Assembly (NCBI GenBank): GCA_963708045.1
Contig: OY970181.1
Span: forward strand, 387,740-451,739
Source: an uncultured bacterium
GTDB taxonomy: Bacteria > Patescibacteriota > Patescibacteriia > CAIQCM01
Length of the DNA stretch: 64,000 bases
Reading direction: 5' to 3'
Each line of letters starts with the position of its first letter. Positions within the stretch are counted from its first letter, which is position 1. The translations under genes and the position numbers were made by a program. Shown piece after piece: positions 38,091 through 48,830 of the stretch. Below the pieces are notes generated by a model. That model had not been told where the DNA came from, did no database searches, and saw nothing but the letters and a program-made list of their open reading frames with translations.

Positions 38091-39275
38091 ATGGCGAAAA
38101 AAATTACTAGCGAACAAATCAAACAAATTTTCGGCCGCGGGGTGGCGGAAATAGTCGGCAGTGAACGCTTGTTTCAAGCTTTAGAAAAAGGTGAGACTTT
38201 GCGTTTTAAAATGGGAATGGATCCGACCTCGCCCGACATTCATATTGGACACGCTGTTGGTTTGAGGCTGTTGCGAAAACTTCAAGATCTTGGTCACGAG
38301 GTCGTGATTATCGTTGGCGACTACACCGCGCGGATTGGCGACCCTTCGGGACGTTCAAAAACCCGTCCGGCGCTGGATCCAAAGGCGATTGACGCGAACG
38401 CCAAAACTTACCTTAGCCAAGTCGGAAAAATTTTGGACGTAAAAAAGATTGAGCTGGTTAAAAATTCCAAATGGCTTTCAAAATTAACTTTCGCCGATCT
38501 TATAAAATACGCCGCGCATTTTACGGTTGCGCGAATTCTTGAACGCGACGATTTTTCAAAGCGCTTCAAAGCGGGAACGGAAATTTTTCTTCACGAAATG
38601 CTTTATCCGCTAATGCAGGCTTACGACTCGGTCGCGATAAAGGCGTCCGTAGAAGTCGGGGGAACGGATCAAACCTTTAATATGCTCGCTGGTCGCGAAC
38701 TCCAGAAAAAGCTCGGCCTTCCCGAACAGGCGGTTATCACCTGCCCTCTCCTTGTCGGGTTAGACGGCACAAACAAAATGTCCAAGTCACTTGGTAACTA
38801 CATTGGTGTTACCGAATCGGCCGAAAGTATGTATGGCAAAGTGATGAGTATACCCGATACGCTAATTGCTAATTATTTTGAATTGGCAACCGAAGTTACG
38901 GCCGAAGAAATTGCCAAGATAAAAAATGAAATGCTTACCGGTGCAAACCCGCGCGACATTAAAATGCGTTTAGCGCGGGAGATTGTGTCATTGTTTCACC
39001 CCAAAGGCGCGGCCGAGAAGGCGGAAGAAGCTTTTGTTAAAACTTTTCAAAAAAAAGAAACACCGGATGAGATAGAAGAAAAAAAGGTAAAAGCTGATAC
39101 GCTTCTTGATGTACTTGTTGAAGTTGGCTTTGCTTCGTCCAAAACCGACGCCCGCCGGACGGTTGAACAAGGTGGTGTTAAGGTAGATGGCGAAGTTACT
39201 AAAGATTTTTTAATGGAAATTAAAAAAGGCAGCTTGATTCAGAAAGGGAAAAGGTACTTTGTAAGAATCGTTTAA
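38091..39275 (+). CDS. tyrS: tyrosyl-tRNA synthetase
   Basis: HIGH (DIHIGHAVGL) and KMSKS motifs, and C-terminal S4 domain. 394 aa. Confidence 0.9.
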   Translation: MAKKITSEQIKQIFGRGVAEIVGSERLFQALEKGETLRFKMGMDPTSPDIHIGHAVGLRLLRKLQDLGHEVVIIVGDYTARIGDPSGRSKTRPALDPKAIDANAKTYLSQVGKILDVKKIELVKNSKWLSKLTFADLIKYAAHFTVARILERDDFSKRFKAGTEIFLHEMLYPLMQAYDSVAIKASVEVGGTDQTFNMLAGRELQKKLGLPEQAVITCPLLVGLDGTNKMSKSLGNYIGVTESAESMYGKVMSIPDTLIANYFELATEVTAEEIAKIKNEMLTGANPRDIKMRLAREIVSLFHPKGAAEKAEEAFVKTFQKKETPDEIEEKKVKADTLLDVLVEVGFASSKTDARRTVEQGGVKVDGEVTKDFLMEIKKGSLIQKGKRYFVRIV

Positions 39276-39373
39276 TTTTTTCCTCCCCTTAAGGTAAGGG
39301 GAGGTAGGAGGGGTTATGAAAGGATTATAACTCACCCTACCCGCTCTTACCTTACAGAGAGGGGAAAGAAATT

Positions 39374-39478
39374 CCGTCATCCCGAAACGCCGAAGCGGTG
39401 AGGGAACTCAAAGTCTCTAGCAAGCTTCGTGATTCCTTGCCTTTGACAAACGACCTTACGGGCTCGGAATGACGGCGG
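39374..39478 (-). repeat. MITE-like repeat copy F (inverted orientation)
   Basis: ccgtcatcccgaaacgccgaagcggtgagggaactcaaagtctc...ctcggaatgacggcgg is the reverse complement of the family consensus. Confidence 0.65.
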
Positions 39479-39512
39479 ATTAGAAATTAGATATTAGGTA
39501 TTAGGTATTCAA
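39479..39512. repeat. attag word-repeat array immediately upstream of argS start
   Basis: attagaaattagatattaggtattaggtattc. Confidence 0.5.
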
Positions 39513-39514
39513 AA

Positions 39515-41232
39515 ATGTCTCCACTCTCAAAAATAAAACAAGAAATCATCAACGCGATTGCCCAAGTTTATCCAAACTCAACTTTGGTTGTTTCGGATAT
39601 TGTTCCCGCGCCAAGTCCGGCGCTCGGTGACCTCGCCGTACCAATGTTTAAGCTCGTAAAAGTTTTAAGTAAGTCGCCGAGCGCGATTGCCGAAGAGCTT
39701 CGCGAAAAAATGCCGTCTTTAAAAACGATTCAGAGCGCCGAAGTTGCCGGGCCGTATTTAAATTTGCGCTTGAATCAATCAGTAGTCATAAACAACGTAA
39801 TGGCGGCCATTACCAAAGAAAAAGCAAAGTACGGCAACGGAAAAGCAACTAAGGAAAAAATAATGGTTGAATTTGTCGCGCCGAACATTAATAAGCCGCT
39901 TCACTTGGGACACCTTAGAAACGCCGCGCTTGGCGAATCACTCTGCCGGATTTTAGAAGCCGCCGGCAACACGGTTGTTCGCTCTAATTTACTAAGTGAC
40001 AGGGGTGTTGGTGTTGCCAAAGCGATGGTGGCCTACGAACATTTTGGTGGCAACGAAACGCCAAAAAGCTCGGGAATGAAAGGTGATCATTTTGTTGGAA
40101 AATATTACGTGATGTTTGAACAAGAAAAAGTTCGGCACCCAGAAATTGAAAACGAAGTGGCTGAGTCGCTTAGAAAATGGGAAGCGGGGGACAAGGCCAC
40201 GCGCGCTCTTTGGCGGGTAATGACCGACTGGTGCGTAAAGGGACAAAACGAAACGCTAAAAATGCTTGGCGTTAAATACGACAAAGTTTATCGCGAAAGC
40301 GCGTTTTATAATGAAGGCCAGAAAATGGTTTTGGCGGCCTTGGAAAAAGGGATTTTTTCTAAAGACGAAAAAGGAAACGTTGTCGCCAAACTTCCGAACG
40401 AACCTGATAAAGTTGTTCTTCGTGCTGACGGGACGGCCGTCTATATTACAACCGACTTGCCGCTTACGGTTAAAAAAATGACTGAATTCAAATTGTCGCG
40501 GTGCTTGTGGGTTGTTGGAATGGAACAAGACCAGCACTTGCGCCAGCTTACTGGTATTATGCGGCTTTTGGGTTACAGGTGGGTAGACGCGCTTGAACAT
40601 GTTTCTATGGGCACGTCGCTCTTCCCGAAGGCCGGATGAAGTCGCGCGAAGGCACGGTCGTGGACATTGATGAATTAGTAGAACACCTTTCCAAGCTCGC
40701 GGCGGCGGAAATTAAAGAGCGCCACGACTTTTTGGATCAAGCCGAAGTGGACAAGCGCGCCGAAGAAATCGCTCTTGGCGCGGTTAAGTTTTATTTGTTG
40801 TCAGTTACGGCGACGAGCGGAATGACTTTTAATCCAAAAGAGTCGTTGTCCTTTAACGGCAAGACTGGTCCGTATTTGCAGTATACAAATGCACGCATTG
40901 CTTCTATTTTGCGCAAAGCCGCTCATGATAAAATAAAAATTGGCCGAATTGACGCCTCTAAACTTATTGAGCCGACGGAGTGGCAGCTTGTTTTGCGCTT
41001 GTCTGAGTTTGCCGATGCTATAGAAGCGGCCGCAAGCGGTCGCGACCCTTCGGTAATTGCCCGATATTGTTACGATCTTTCAAAATCATTCGCCGAATTT
41101 TACGAAAACGTTCCGGTTATAAAAGCCGAAGCAATATTTCGCTCCTCGCGGCTCGCGCTTTCGGCCGCCGTCGGGTTGGTGCTTGGTCGTAGTTTGGAAC
41201 TGCTCGCCATCCCCGCGCCAAAGGAAATGTAG
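39515..41232 (+). CDS. argS: arginyl-tRNA synthetase, interrupted by a 1-nt frameshift near 40636 (two ORFs 39515..40639 and 40636..41232)
   Basis: N-terminal Arg_tRNA_synt_N, HLGHLRN (HIGH-like), and catalytic core in ORF1. KMSKS-equivalent MKSREG plus DALR anticodon-binding domain (YLQYTNARIASILRKA) in ORF2. The frame shifts inside the ccggatgaag run. Confidence 0.8.
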
Positions 41233-41340
41233 AGTGCGCACAAAAAGTGTTCAGTTATCACATTTTTTCCACTGGATATTGCGGGGGATATGGGTTACTC
41301 TAACATTAGACATAAACTATTAATTTTAATTTAAAAAACT

Positions 41341-41736
41341 ATGTTCAAGAAAGAAGACGGAGTGGCGGTAGAAACAGTGATCGCCGCCGGCGTAAAAGTT
41401 GAAGGTGATTTTGTTTCTCCCGGCAATGTGCGCATTGAGGGGATTGTGAAAGGTTCGGTTAAAGCCGACGGAAATTTGTTTGTTTCCGAAACAGCACGAA
41501 TCGAGGCGGATGTTAAAGCGGAAAACGCGATGATTGCCGGAGAAGTTGTCGGCGATCTCACGGTTTCTGACAAATTGGAAATTACGAGCACAGCAAAAAT
41601 TAGCGGCGATATTTCCGCTAAGGTAATGTCAGTTGAAGCGGGTGCGACAATTTTGGGCAATTGTTCCATTGCCGCGGAAACATCGTCGGCAAAAAGTCGC
41701 GTAAAGGGAGAACGCACCGCCGAGGCCGAAGCCTAA
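41341..41736 (+). CDS. bactofilin family cytoskeletal protein
   Basis: Repetitive beta-helix pattern G.V.G.I....V.I.G.V (DUF583/CcmA-like). 131 aa. Confidence 0.75.
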   Translation: MFKKEDGVAVETVIAAGVKVEGDFVSPGNVRIEGIVKGSVKADGNLFVSETARIEADVKAENAMIAGEVVGDLTVSDKLEITSTAKISGDISAKVMSVEAGATILGNCSIAAETSSAKSRVKGERTAEAEA

Positions 41737-41753
41737 GGGTCGGTATTTTTAAA

Positions 41754-42512
41754 AATGTGTACCACTATATTTACGATTCATTTTTAACCGATCCCAAATA
41801 CGCAAAGATCCTTGGTAATATAGAAAATCGGCTGACGGACTTGGGAATTTTTGGCAGCGTTCATCGCCTGGCGCTTTTTAAGTCAATGAAGGGCGCGATT
41901 AGCGACGCCGTGCGCCGCGGCGCAAAAACGGTCGTGATTGTCGGCGACGATCTTTCGGTTGCCAAAGCCGTTGACGCGATTCCCGAGTTTAAAGACGCGA
42001 TTTTTGGGATTATGCCAATTGGCACGAAAAACAACATCGCCGAACTTTTGGGTATTCCGATTGGCGAAGCCGCTTGCGACACACTCTCGGCGCGGCTTAT
42101 TGAAGAATTGGATTTGGGCAAAGTAAATAATCATTATTTTTTGACTTCGCTTCGCGTGCCGGGTGTTGTGAAAGCCGAGTGCGACGGGCGCTATACGGTT
42201 TCGCCGATTTCTGCCGGTGAAATCTGTGTGAATAATTTTTCTATTGATGGTTCGGCTTCTAACCCGCGCGACGGCTTGCTTGAAACAATGGTCAAGACAA
42301 CCAAGCGAAATTTTTTTGGTTCGCTTTTTGCTCGCACGCCAGCGGCGGCGAGTGTTAGTGTTTTTCCCGTGGAGAAAGCAATTATACGTTCTGGTAATGG
42401 CGAAGAGGTAACAGGGATGGCCGATGGTCAAGCAATTTCCGACGCTGAATTTCGCGTTGAAGTGATGCCGCGGCATTTTAAAGTGATTGTCGGCAAAGAA
42501 CGGAAGATATGA
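41754..42512 (+). CDS. DAGK_cat-family lipid kinase-like protein (degenerate GGDGT motif: VGDDLS)
   Basis: IFGIMPIGTKNNIAELLGIP and LDLGKVNNHYFLTSLRV match the DAGK_cat conserved blocks. Probable GTG start at 41754; the track ORF from 41661 overlaps bactofilin. Confidence 0.5.
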   Translation, partial: NVYHYIYDSFLTDPKYAKILGNIENRLTDLGIFGSVHRLALFKSMKGAISDAVRRGAKTVVIVGDDLSVAKAVDAIPEFKDAIFGIMPIGTKNNIAELLGIPIGEAACDTLSARLIEELDLGKVNNHYFLTSLRVPGVVKAECDGRYTVSPISAGEICVNNFSIDGSASNPRDGLLETMVKTTKRNFFGSLFARTPAAASVSVFPVEKAIIRSGNGEEVTGMADGQAISDAEFRVEVMPRHFKVIVGKERKI

Positions 42513-43420
42513 GCAAATACGTTGACTTGCACGCGCATACGACCTATTCCGACGGCCATGATACGCCGTCGGAGGTTGTTAAAATGGCGGCCGAGCAAAA
42601 TGTTTCAATTCTCGGCATCGCCGATCATGACAATTTGGAAGGTTTAAAAGAAGCGCTTGTGGCTGGCAAAAAATATGGCGTCAAAATTGTTTGCGGTGTG
42701 GAAATATCAACCGTCTTTCATAATTCAACTATTCATTTGCTTGGTTACGGCTTGCCATTAGATGACGCCGCGTTTAATAGTTTTTTGTCGGGCATTTATT
42801 GACAAAGAAAAAATCGATTGCTTGAGGTTGTTAAAAAATTAAACGAAAAATTTAATGTCGAAGGGCGGCGGGTGGTGAATCTTAAAGATTATGAAAATAC
42901 GCTGGGAAAATATTTTAATTTTGAAAAAACAGCGCAATATTTAATCGTCAACGGTTTTTTTACGGATTTTGAAAAAACTAGAAAATTGCTCATTGGCTTA
43001 AGTGATGGTGGGGGATATTTTGTTTCTGTTGCTGATGCAATACGGGCTGTTCACGAAGCCAATGGGCTTGCAATTTTGTCGCATCCTTTTGCTCGCGGCA
43101 CGTCGCTTAAAAAAATTGATCCGACGCCGGCGGGGCAAGAGGTATTGCTTAAAGAAATAATCGCGGCGGGTATAGACGGGATGGAGTGTTATCAGTCGGA
43201 ATACGGCCCCGAAGAAACGGCGCTCGCCCTCGCGCTCGCCCTGAAATATAATTTATTGGTATCGGCTGGAAGCGATTGGCACGGCGCGATTTGCGACATT
43301 CCAGGGGATATGAAAGACCGAAAATCTTTTTATCCCGAGCATGTCGGCGGGTTAAAGATTGCGCCACAAACAGTCGCGCCGTTCCTTGAACGCCTTGGCA
43401 TAAACGTTGACAAGGATTAA
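42509..43420 (+). CDS. PHP-domain phosphoesterase with in-frame TGA at 42800-42802 (ORFs 42509..42802 and 42818..43420 are the same frame)
   Basis: N-terminal DLHAHTTYSDGH and C-terminal SAGSDWHG PHP motifs. The single TGA reads ...FLSGIY*QRKNRLLEVVKKL... and the frame is conserved across it. Confidence 0.65.
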
Positions 43421-43457
43421 AAATTTTAGCATAATCTCCTCAGTAACAAAGAAGTAA

Positions 43458-43543
43458 GCTCGGGTGGTGAAATGGTATACACGCTACCTTGAGGTGGTAG
43501 TACCCGTAAGGGTGTGGAGGTTTGAGTCCTCTCCCGAGCACCA
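43458..43543 (+). tRNA. tRNA-Leu (anticodon GAG), CCA encoded
   Basis: 86 nt with long variable arm. Anticodon loop TTGAGGT. Acceptor GCTCGGG/CCCGAGC. 3' ACCA. Confidence 0.85.
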
Positions 43544-43576
43544 AAAAATCCTACCTATTTGGGTAGGATTTTTTGT
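43544..43576 (+). terminator. intrinsic terminator after tRNA-Leu
   Basis: aatcctaccta ttt gggtaggatt plus TTTTT. Confidence 0.6.
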
Positions 43577-43671
43577 ATTGAGATTTCTGAAAGACAAAGA
43601 CGTTTTGTAATGTGGATAATTTGTGATTAAAGGATATTGACGATCTTGATATTATGCAGTAAGGTGGCGGT

Positions 43672-44250
43672 ATGTTAATAAAAGAGTTTGCACAAGTTAT
43701 CGGTGGTTATGTCTTTCGGGAAGCGATACAGCCGGATAATAACGGCGATATCTGTGTTTTTCAAGCCAAAGACCTCACTGCTGGCGAAGCTATTGAAAAC
43801 GTTGGTACACTTACAAAAATTTCTTATAACATCCCCGAGTACGCCGGTCATCTTAAAAAGAACGACATTTTGGTTGTCGCTCGGGGTATGAGGTCAGGGT
43901 CATTTCGGTCGGCGGTTTTTGTTTCCGACGCACCAAACGTAATCGCCTCGTCCTCCATCCACATAATTCGGATAACCGCCGCTGGCGTAATGCCGGAATA
44001 TGTTTCGCGGTATCTTAATTCAAAAATTGGCCAAGACGCGCTTACGCAGATCGTTTCCGGTTCGTATATCGGCTCCCTGCCGCGTAAGGAAGTGGAAAAA
44101 ATAAAGATCCCCATCCCGACACTAGAAAAACAAAAAGCAGTTGTGGATCTGGATCGGAATATACGTGAGCAAGAAAAAATTATCAACCGTCAGAGCGAAA
44201 TAAAGCACAATCTTATGAACGCAATCTTTACCAGCCTAGCCGCTAAATAA
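43672..44250 (+). CDS. hsdS: Type I restriction-modification specificity subunit, half-size (single target recognition domain)
   Basis: 192 aa: one TRD plus the conserved C-terminal helix region typical of HsdS halves. Confidence 0.65.
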   Translation: MLIKEFAQVIGGYVFREAIQPDNNGDICVFQAKDLTAGEAIENVGTLTKISYNIPEYAGHLKKNDILVVARGMRSGSFRSAVFVSDAPNVIASSSIHIIRITAAGVMPEYVSRYLNSKIGQDALTQIVSGSYIGSLPRKEVEKIKIPIPTLEKQKAVVDLDRNIREQEKIINRQSEIKHNLMNAIFTSLAAK

Positions 44251-44255
44251 ATATT

Positions 44256-45770
44256 ATGCCAACTGAAAAAAAATACACTCAGGAAGACTTAAACAAAACG
44301 CTTTGGGCGGCGGCTGATTCGTCACGCAGCAATGTGGACGGTGGTGTTTACAAGGATTACGCCCTCACGATGCTATTTTTAAAATACGTCAGCGATTTGA
44401 ATAAAAAGCGCTACGCCGAGTATAAGGCGCGTTTTAAGAACGACGAAAAGCGCGTTGAAGAAAAAATGAAGCTGGATCGCTTTTATCTTCCTCCTAAGTC
44501 GTCGTTTGATTACATCTACAGTAAGATTGAGGAAGACAACATTGGCGAAGAAATTAATAAAGCGCTACACCGCATTGAAGACGCCAACAAGGAAAAGCTG
44601 GACGGCGTGTTTAGTGTGGACTTTAATTCTGAATCAGTACTGGGAAAATTGGATTCGCGCAATAAAATGCTCCGCCATCTTATTCAGGATTTTGCCAAGA
44701 TTGACCTTTCGGATGTCGGCGACGACATTATCGGAAATTCGTACATGTACATGATTGAACGCTTTGGCGCCGATGCTGGGAAGAAAGCCGGAGAATTTTT
44801 CACAACTAAATCCGTGGCGCGGCTCGTGGCGATGCTCGCTGAACCAAAAGAAGGCGACCGGATTTCCGACCCTGCTTGTGGATCGGGCGGCTTGCTTCTT
44901 TTGGCTGGCGAAGAGGTTGAAAAGAAAGGCTCAAAAAACTACGCGCTTTATGGTCAAGAATCAACTGGCTCCACTTATCAGCTTGCACGGATGAATATGT
45001 TCTTGCACGGCAAAGACTCGGCGCGGATTGAATGGGGCGACACGCTTAATAACCCACTCTTGGTTGAAAATGACCAGCTTATGCATTTTGATGTGGTCGT
45101 TGCCAATCCGCCGTTCTCGCTTAAAAAGTGGGGCGCCGAACACGCCGGATCAGATAAATACAACCGTTTTTGGCGCGGCATTCCGCCCAAGGACAAAGGC
45201 GACTTTGCCTTTATTACTCACATGGTGGAAACCGCCAAACCCAAAACCGGCCGCGTGGCCGTTATTGTTCCGCACGGTGTACTTTTTAGGAGCGGTGCCG
45301 AAGGTAAAATCCGCACCGAGCTATTAAAAGAAAATATCATTGATACCGTGATCGGATTACCTGCTGGTTTATTTCAGACAACCGGTATCCCGGTCGCCGT
45401 TTTGGTTATTGACCGCTCACGCGAAAAAGGCGGCGCGAATGAAAAGAAGAAAGATGTTTTGTTCATTGAGGCCTCTAAGGAATTCAAACCCGGAAAAGCG
45501 CAAAACACCTTGACCGACGAAAACATCGCCAAAATTTTTGACACCTACAAACAACGCAAAAATATCACTAAGTTTTCACGCAAGGTTGAATTAAAGGAAA
45601 TTGAAGAAAATGATTTCAATCTCAACATCACACGCTATGTTGACACCTTCATTGAAGAAACTCCGATAGACATCAAAGCCAACCTCCGTGAACTCGCCGC
45701 CCTTGAGCCGGAGCTTAAGAAGCTAGAAAAACAGATGGATGAGTATCTAAAAGAGCTTGGAATTAAATAG
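44256..45770 (+). CDS. hsdM: Type I restriction-modification DNA methyltransferase subunit (N6-adenine)
   Basis: HsdM N-terminal domain, then an N6_Mtase domain with NPPF motif (VVANPPFS). Confidence 0.9.
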   Translation: MPTEKKYTQEDLNKTLWAAADSSRSNVDGGVYKDYALTMLFLKYVSDLNKKRYAEYKARFKNDEKRVEEKMKLDRFYLPPKSSFDYIYSKIEEDNIGEEINKALHRIEDANKEKLDGVFSVDFNSESVLGKLDSRNKMLRHLIQDFAKIDLSDVGDDIIGNSYMYMIERFGADAGKKAGEFFTTKSVARLVAMLAEPKEGDRISDPACGSGGLLLLAGEEVEKKGSKNYALYGQESTGSTYQLARMNMFLHGKDSARIEWGDTLNNPLLVENDQLMHFDVVVANPPFSLKKWGAEHAGSDKYNRFWRGIPPKDKGDFAFITHMVETAKPKTGRVAVIVPHGVLFRSGAEGKIRTELLKENIIDTVIGLPAGLFQTTGIPVAVLVIDRSREKGGANEKKKDVLFIEASKEFKPGKAQNTLTDENIAKIFDTYKQRKNITKFSRKVELKEIEENDFNLNITRYVDTFIEETPIDIKANLRELAALEPELKKLEKQMDEYLKELGIK

Positions 45771-45773
45771 TCT

Positions 45774-47588
45774 ATGAAAATTTCATCATTAGAAATTAAA
45801 GACTTCCCGCCAATTAAAAATCTAAAGATGGAAAATCTTGGGGATATTGTAATTATTGCTGGAGCAAATGGTTCGGGGAAAAGCAGACTTAAAGAGGCTA
45901 TAGTAAGTACCTTTCAAGGTGGGAATCAAATGTCCATCTCTTTGCTGGCAACAAGAGAAAAAGAAAATGAAGATTTTGGAGGAGGTACTCTAACTGCTAC
46001 ACAAGGGGTTGCAAGTCAAACGCTAGCTGAGTATATGAGGAAGAGGCGGTATGGCCGTGGCCAGTATGTTGGTTCTCTGGTCCAAATAGATTCGCAACGA
46101 AATATTCAGACCACTCAATACCCACAGGTTAGTTGGCAAGTTTCTGATCCAGATGAAGTCGAAACGCCAAGTACTTTTTATTATCAAAATTTTACCAACA
46201 GGTGGCAAGACTTCATGACTTATATTCATAAAAAAGTAGCTGCCTACCAAAATCAACTAGCTACGGAAGTTATCAATGGGTCAGAAATAACAGCAAAGAC
46301 TATTAAGGAAAAATTGCCACACCCACTACAGAAATATAAAGAAATCTTTAAAACTCTACTTTCGGAAAAAGAGCTTCTTGATATTGATCCATTATCACCT
46401 CGTGAATTTCAATACCGGGATAAAACCGGCGTAGTCTTACCATTTAATTCCTTAAGTTCTGGCGAGCAAGAAGTTGTTAAGATTCTGTTTGATGTTGCAA
46501 GGAAAGATATAAAAGACTCGGTAATTATTGTGGATGAGCCTGAACTTCATTTACACCCAACTCTTACATTCAAATTAATTGAAGCTCTTAAATCCGTGGG
46601 GGATCACACAAATCAATTCATATTTTTGACACACTCTGCTGATTTAATTTCTACCTATTACTCGACTGGTAATGTTTATTTTATAGACTCAGAGCAGGGT
46701 GGCGCTAACCAGGCACATAGGCTAAGCGATCTTAATCACAGCCATAAGGAGCTGGTAAGCTTGATAGGTGAAAATCTTGGGCTGTTTGCAGTAGGAAAAA
46801 AACTTGTATTTGTTGAAGGTGAAGATTCTAGTACGGACAGGCTTGTATACCATGCATTGGCACAAAAGTATTTGCCAGAGGCAAAGGTCATACCCGTTGG
46901 TTCAGTTGAGAATTTGATTACTTTAAATGTTTTTGAGCGGCAGATTAGAAATTCTATATTTGGAATTGACCTATATATGGTCCGAGATAAAGATGGGCTA
47001 TCTACTACTCAAATTAGCGCTCTTGAAGATGGTGGTAAGATAAAGTGTCTTAGGAAAAGACATATTGAAAATTATTTTCTTGATTCAGATGTTTTGTTTA
47101 AAGTTGCGGAAAAGCTTTATATAACCACTACAAAACCTACTGTTACACATCAGTATATTGAAGAACAGCTTAAAATCATTGCTTCTGAACAAGTTAGTCT
47201 TAACTTACTTCAAAATACAAAAGAATATATAGCAACAAATCATAACTTTGATATTCCTACTGTCAAATCACTTGATACAAAAAATTGCGTTGATGTGGTT
47301 AATGAGTTCTCTTTTGAAATAGCGAGTGTTTTACATAGCCTTGTGTCTAACCTGTCTGACGTAAAGTTGAAAGAATGGATGAACGGAGAAAAAGAAAGAC
47401 TTGATGGCGCGTTGACCAGCGATAAGTGGAAAGATGAATTTAGGGGTAAAAATATTTTCTCAAAGTTATGTAGTGATGTCCTTGGTGAAGATAAAATCAA
47501 AATACGACAAGTATATATTGACGTTGCTTTGAATGAAAAACCGGAAGTTTTTAGTGATATTAAAGGAATACTGGAAAGTTTTAAGTGA
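45774..47588 (+). CDS. OLD-family-like ABC-ATPase + TOPRIM-like nuclease (Gabija GajA-like architecture), embedded in the hsd operon
   Basis: Walker A IIAGANGSGKS, signature-like LSSGEQEV, Walker B IIVDEPELHLHP, and H-loop FLTHS. C-terminal TOPRIM-like Glu (FVEGEDSSTD) and DxD (YMVRDKDG). Start is 3 nt after the hsdM stop, and the stop overlaps the next hsdS start. Confidence 0.65.
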   Translation: MKISSLEIKDFPPIKNLKMENLGDIVIIAGANGSGKSRLKEAIVSTFQGGNQMSISLLATREKENEDFGGGTLTATQGVASQTLAEYMRKRRYGRGQYVGSLVQIDSQRNIQTTQYPQVSWQVSDPDEVETPSTFYYQNFTNRWQDFMTYIHKKVAAYQNQLATEVINGSEITAKTIKEKLPHPLQKYKEIFKTLLSEKELLDIDPLSPREFQYRDKTGVVLPFNSLSSGEQEVVKILFDVARKDIKDSVIIVDEPELHLHPTLTFKLIEALKSVGDHTNQFIFLTHSADLISTYYSTGNVYFIDSEQGGANQAHRLSDLNHSHKELVSLIGENLGLFAVGKKLVFVEGEDSSTDRLVYHALAQKYLPEAKVIPVGSVENLITLNVFERQIRNSIFGIDLYMVRDKDGLSTTQISALEDGGKIKCLRKRHIENYFLDSDVLFKVAEKLYITTTKPTVTHQYIEEQLKIIASEQVSLNLLQNTKEYIATNHNFDIPTVKSLDTKNCVDVVNEFSFEIASVLHSLVSNLSDVKLKEWMNGEKERLDGALTSDKWKDEFRGKNIFSKLCSDVLGEDKIKIRQVYIDVALNEKPEVFSDIKGILESFK

Positions 47589-48820
47589 TTATGAAAATTA
47601 ATAAACCACAAACAAACATACCTCATGGTTGGAATTTTTATAAACTTAGCGATCTCCTTACTGTTGTTGTAGATAATCGTGGTAAAACACCGCCTATTCA
47701 AACAAGTGGGATCCCTATGGCAGAGGTAAATGCTATTGGCGATAAGAATATTGAATATTCTGAAATAACTAAGTTTGTTAGTGAAGAAACTTATAAAACA
47801 TGGTTCCGTAAACATTTAGAGAAAAATGATATCCTCTTTTCTACCGTTGGAAGAACTGCGTCTTGCTCTCTTTATACTGCAAAAATAAAGACGGTAATTG
47901 CTCAAAATTTAATAGGGTTAAGATTCGGAAAAGATAATCCTGAGTTTATGTTTTATCTTTTAACCCAAGACAAGAACAATCAACAATTTAAGAATATTGA
48001 GATGAACGCCGCACAGCCAAGTGTTAAAGTATCCCAAATGATACGACTTGAATTTTTGCTTCCACCCCTCCCCGAACAAAACCGGATTGTTGCAGTATTG
48101 GAAACTTGGGATAAGGCGATTGAAAAATTGGCGGAAAAAATTGAGATTAAAAAAGAGATTAAAAAAGTTTTAATGCAAGAATTATTGACAGCCCAGAAGC
48201 GTCTAATCGGATTTAAAGATAAATGGGCGAACGTAAAACTTGCTGATATTGCTGAAATTTTTTCGGGAGGAACGCCCGATACAAGCAATCAGGATTTCTG
48301 GAGTGGTGAGATAAATTGGATAACTCCGACAGAAATTACTAAAACAGGCAAATATATAGTATTAGAAACAGAGAAGAAGATCACAGGCGCTGGTCTTAAA
48401 AATTGCTCAGCAAAATTACTACCTAAAAATTCTTTGGTCATATGTACTCGTGCGACGGTTGGAGAATGTTCAATTTCTACATATCCAATTTGCACAAACC
48501 AGGGATTTAAAAATTTAGTTCCTAAGAAAAATACAACAGTTGAATATCTGTATTATTTTATTAAGTCAATTAAATCAAAACTTATAAAACTAGGATCCGG
48601 TAGTACTTTTCTTGAAGTCTCAAAGGGTGACATTGAAAAATTAAAATTATATCTACCACCACTAACTGAGCAAATTGCGATTGCAAATATTTTGACCACA
48701 GCCGATAAGGAAATTGCTGAACTCGAAAAAACCCTCTCACTTTTAGAAGAACAAAAAAGATATCTTCTTAACGAACTGATTACTGGTACAATCAGAACAC
48801 CTGAAACATTATCAGTCTAA
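47585..48820 (+). CDS. hsdS: Type I restriction-modification specificity subunit (two target recognition domains)
   Basis: 411 aa with two TRDs separated by conserved helical repeats (LPPLPEQNRIV / LPPLTEQIAIA). Confidence 0.85.
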   Translation: MIMKINKPQTNIPHGWNFYKLSDLLTVVVDNRGKTPPIQTSGIPMAEVNAIGDKNIEYSEITKFVSEETYKTWFRKHLEKNDILFSTVGRTASCSLYTAKIKTVIAQNLIGLRFGKDNPEFMFYLLTQDKNNQQFKNIEMNAAQPSVKVSQMIRLEFLLPPLPEQNRIVAVLETWDKAIEKLAEKIEIKKEIKKVLMQELLTAQKRLIGFKDKWANVKLADIAEIFSGGTPDTSNQDFWSGEINWITPTEITKTGKYIVLETEKKITGAGLKNCSAKLLPKNSLVICTRATVGECSISTYPICTNQGFKNLVPKKNTTVEYLYYFIKSIKSKLIKLGSGSTFLEVSKGDIEKLKLYLPPLTEQIAIANILTTADKEIAELEKTLSLLEEQKRYLLNELITGTIRTPETLSV

Positions 48821-48830
48821 AAATAACAAT

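Noticed and set aside
41661-41753. N-terminal 31 codons of the DAGK-like ORF overlapping the bactofilin gene.
   Set aside because: The overlap is 75 nt and the segment is Arg-rich junk (GKKSRKGRTHRRGRSLR). A GTG at 41754, just after the bactofilin stop, gives the conserved N-terminus.
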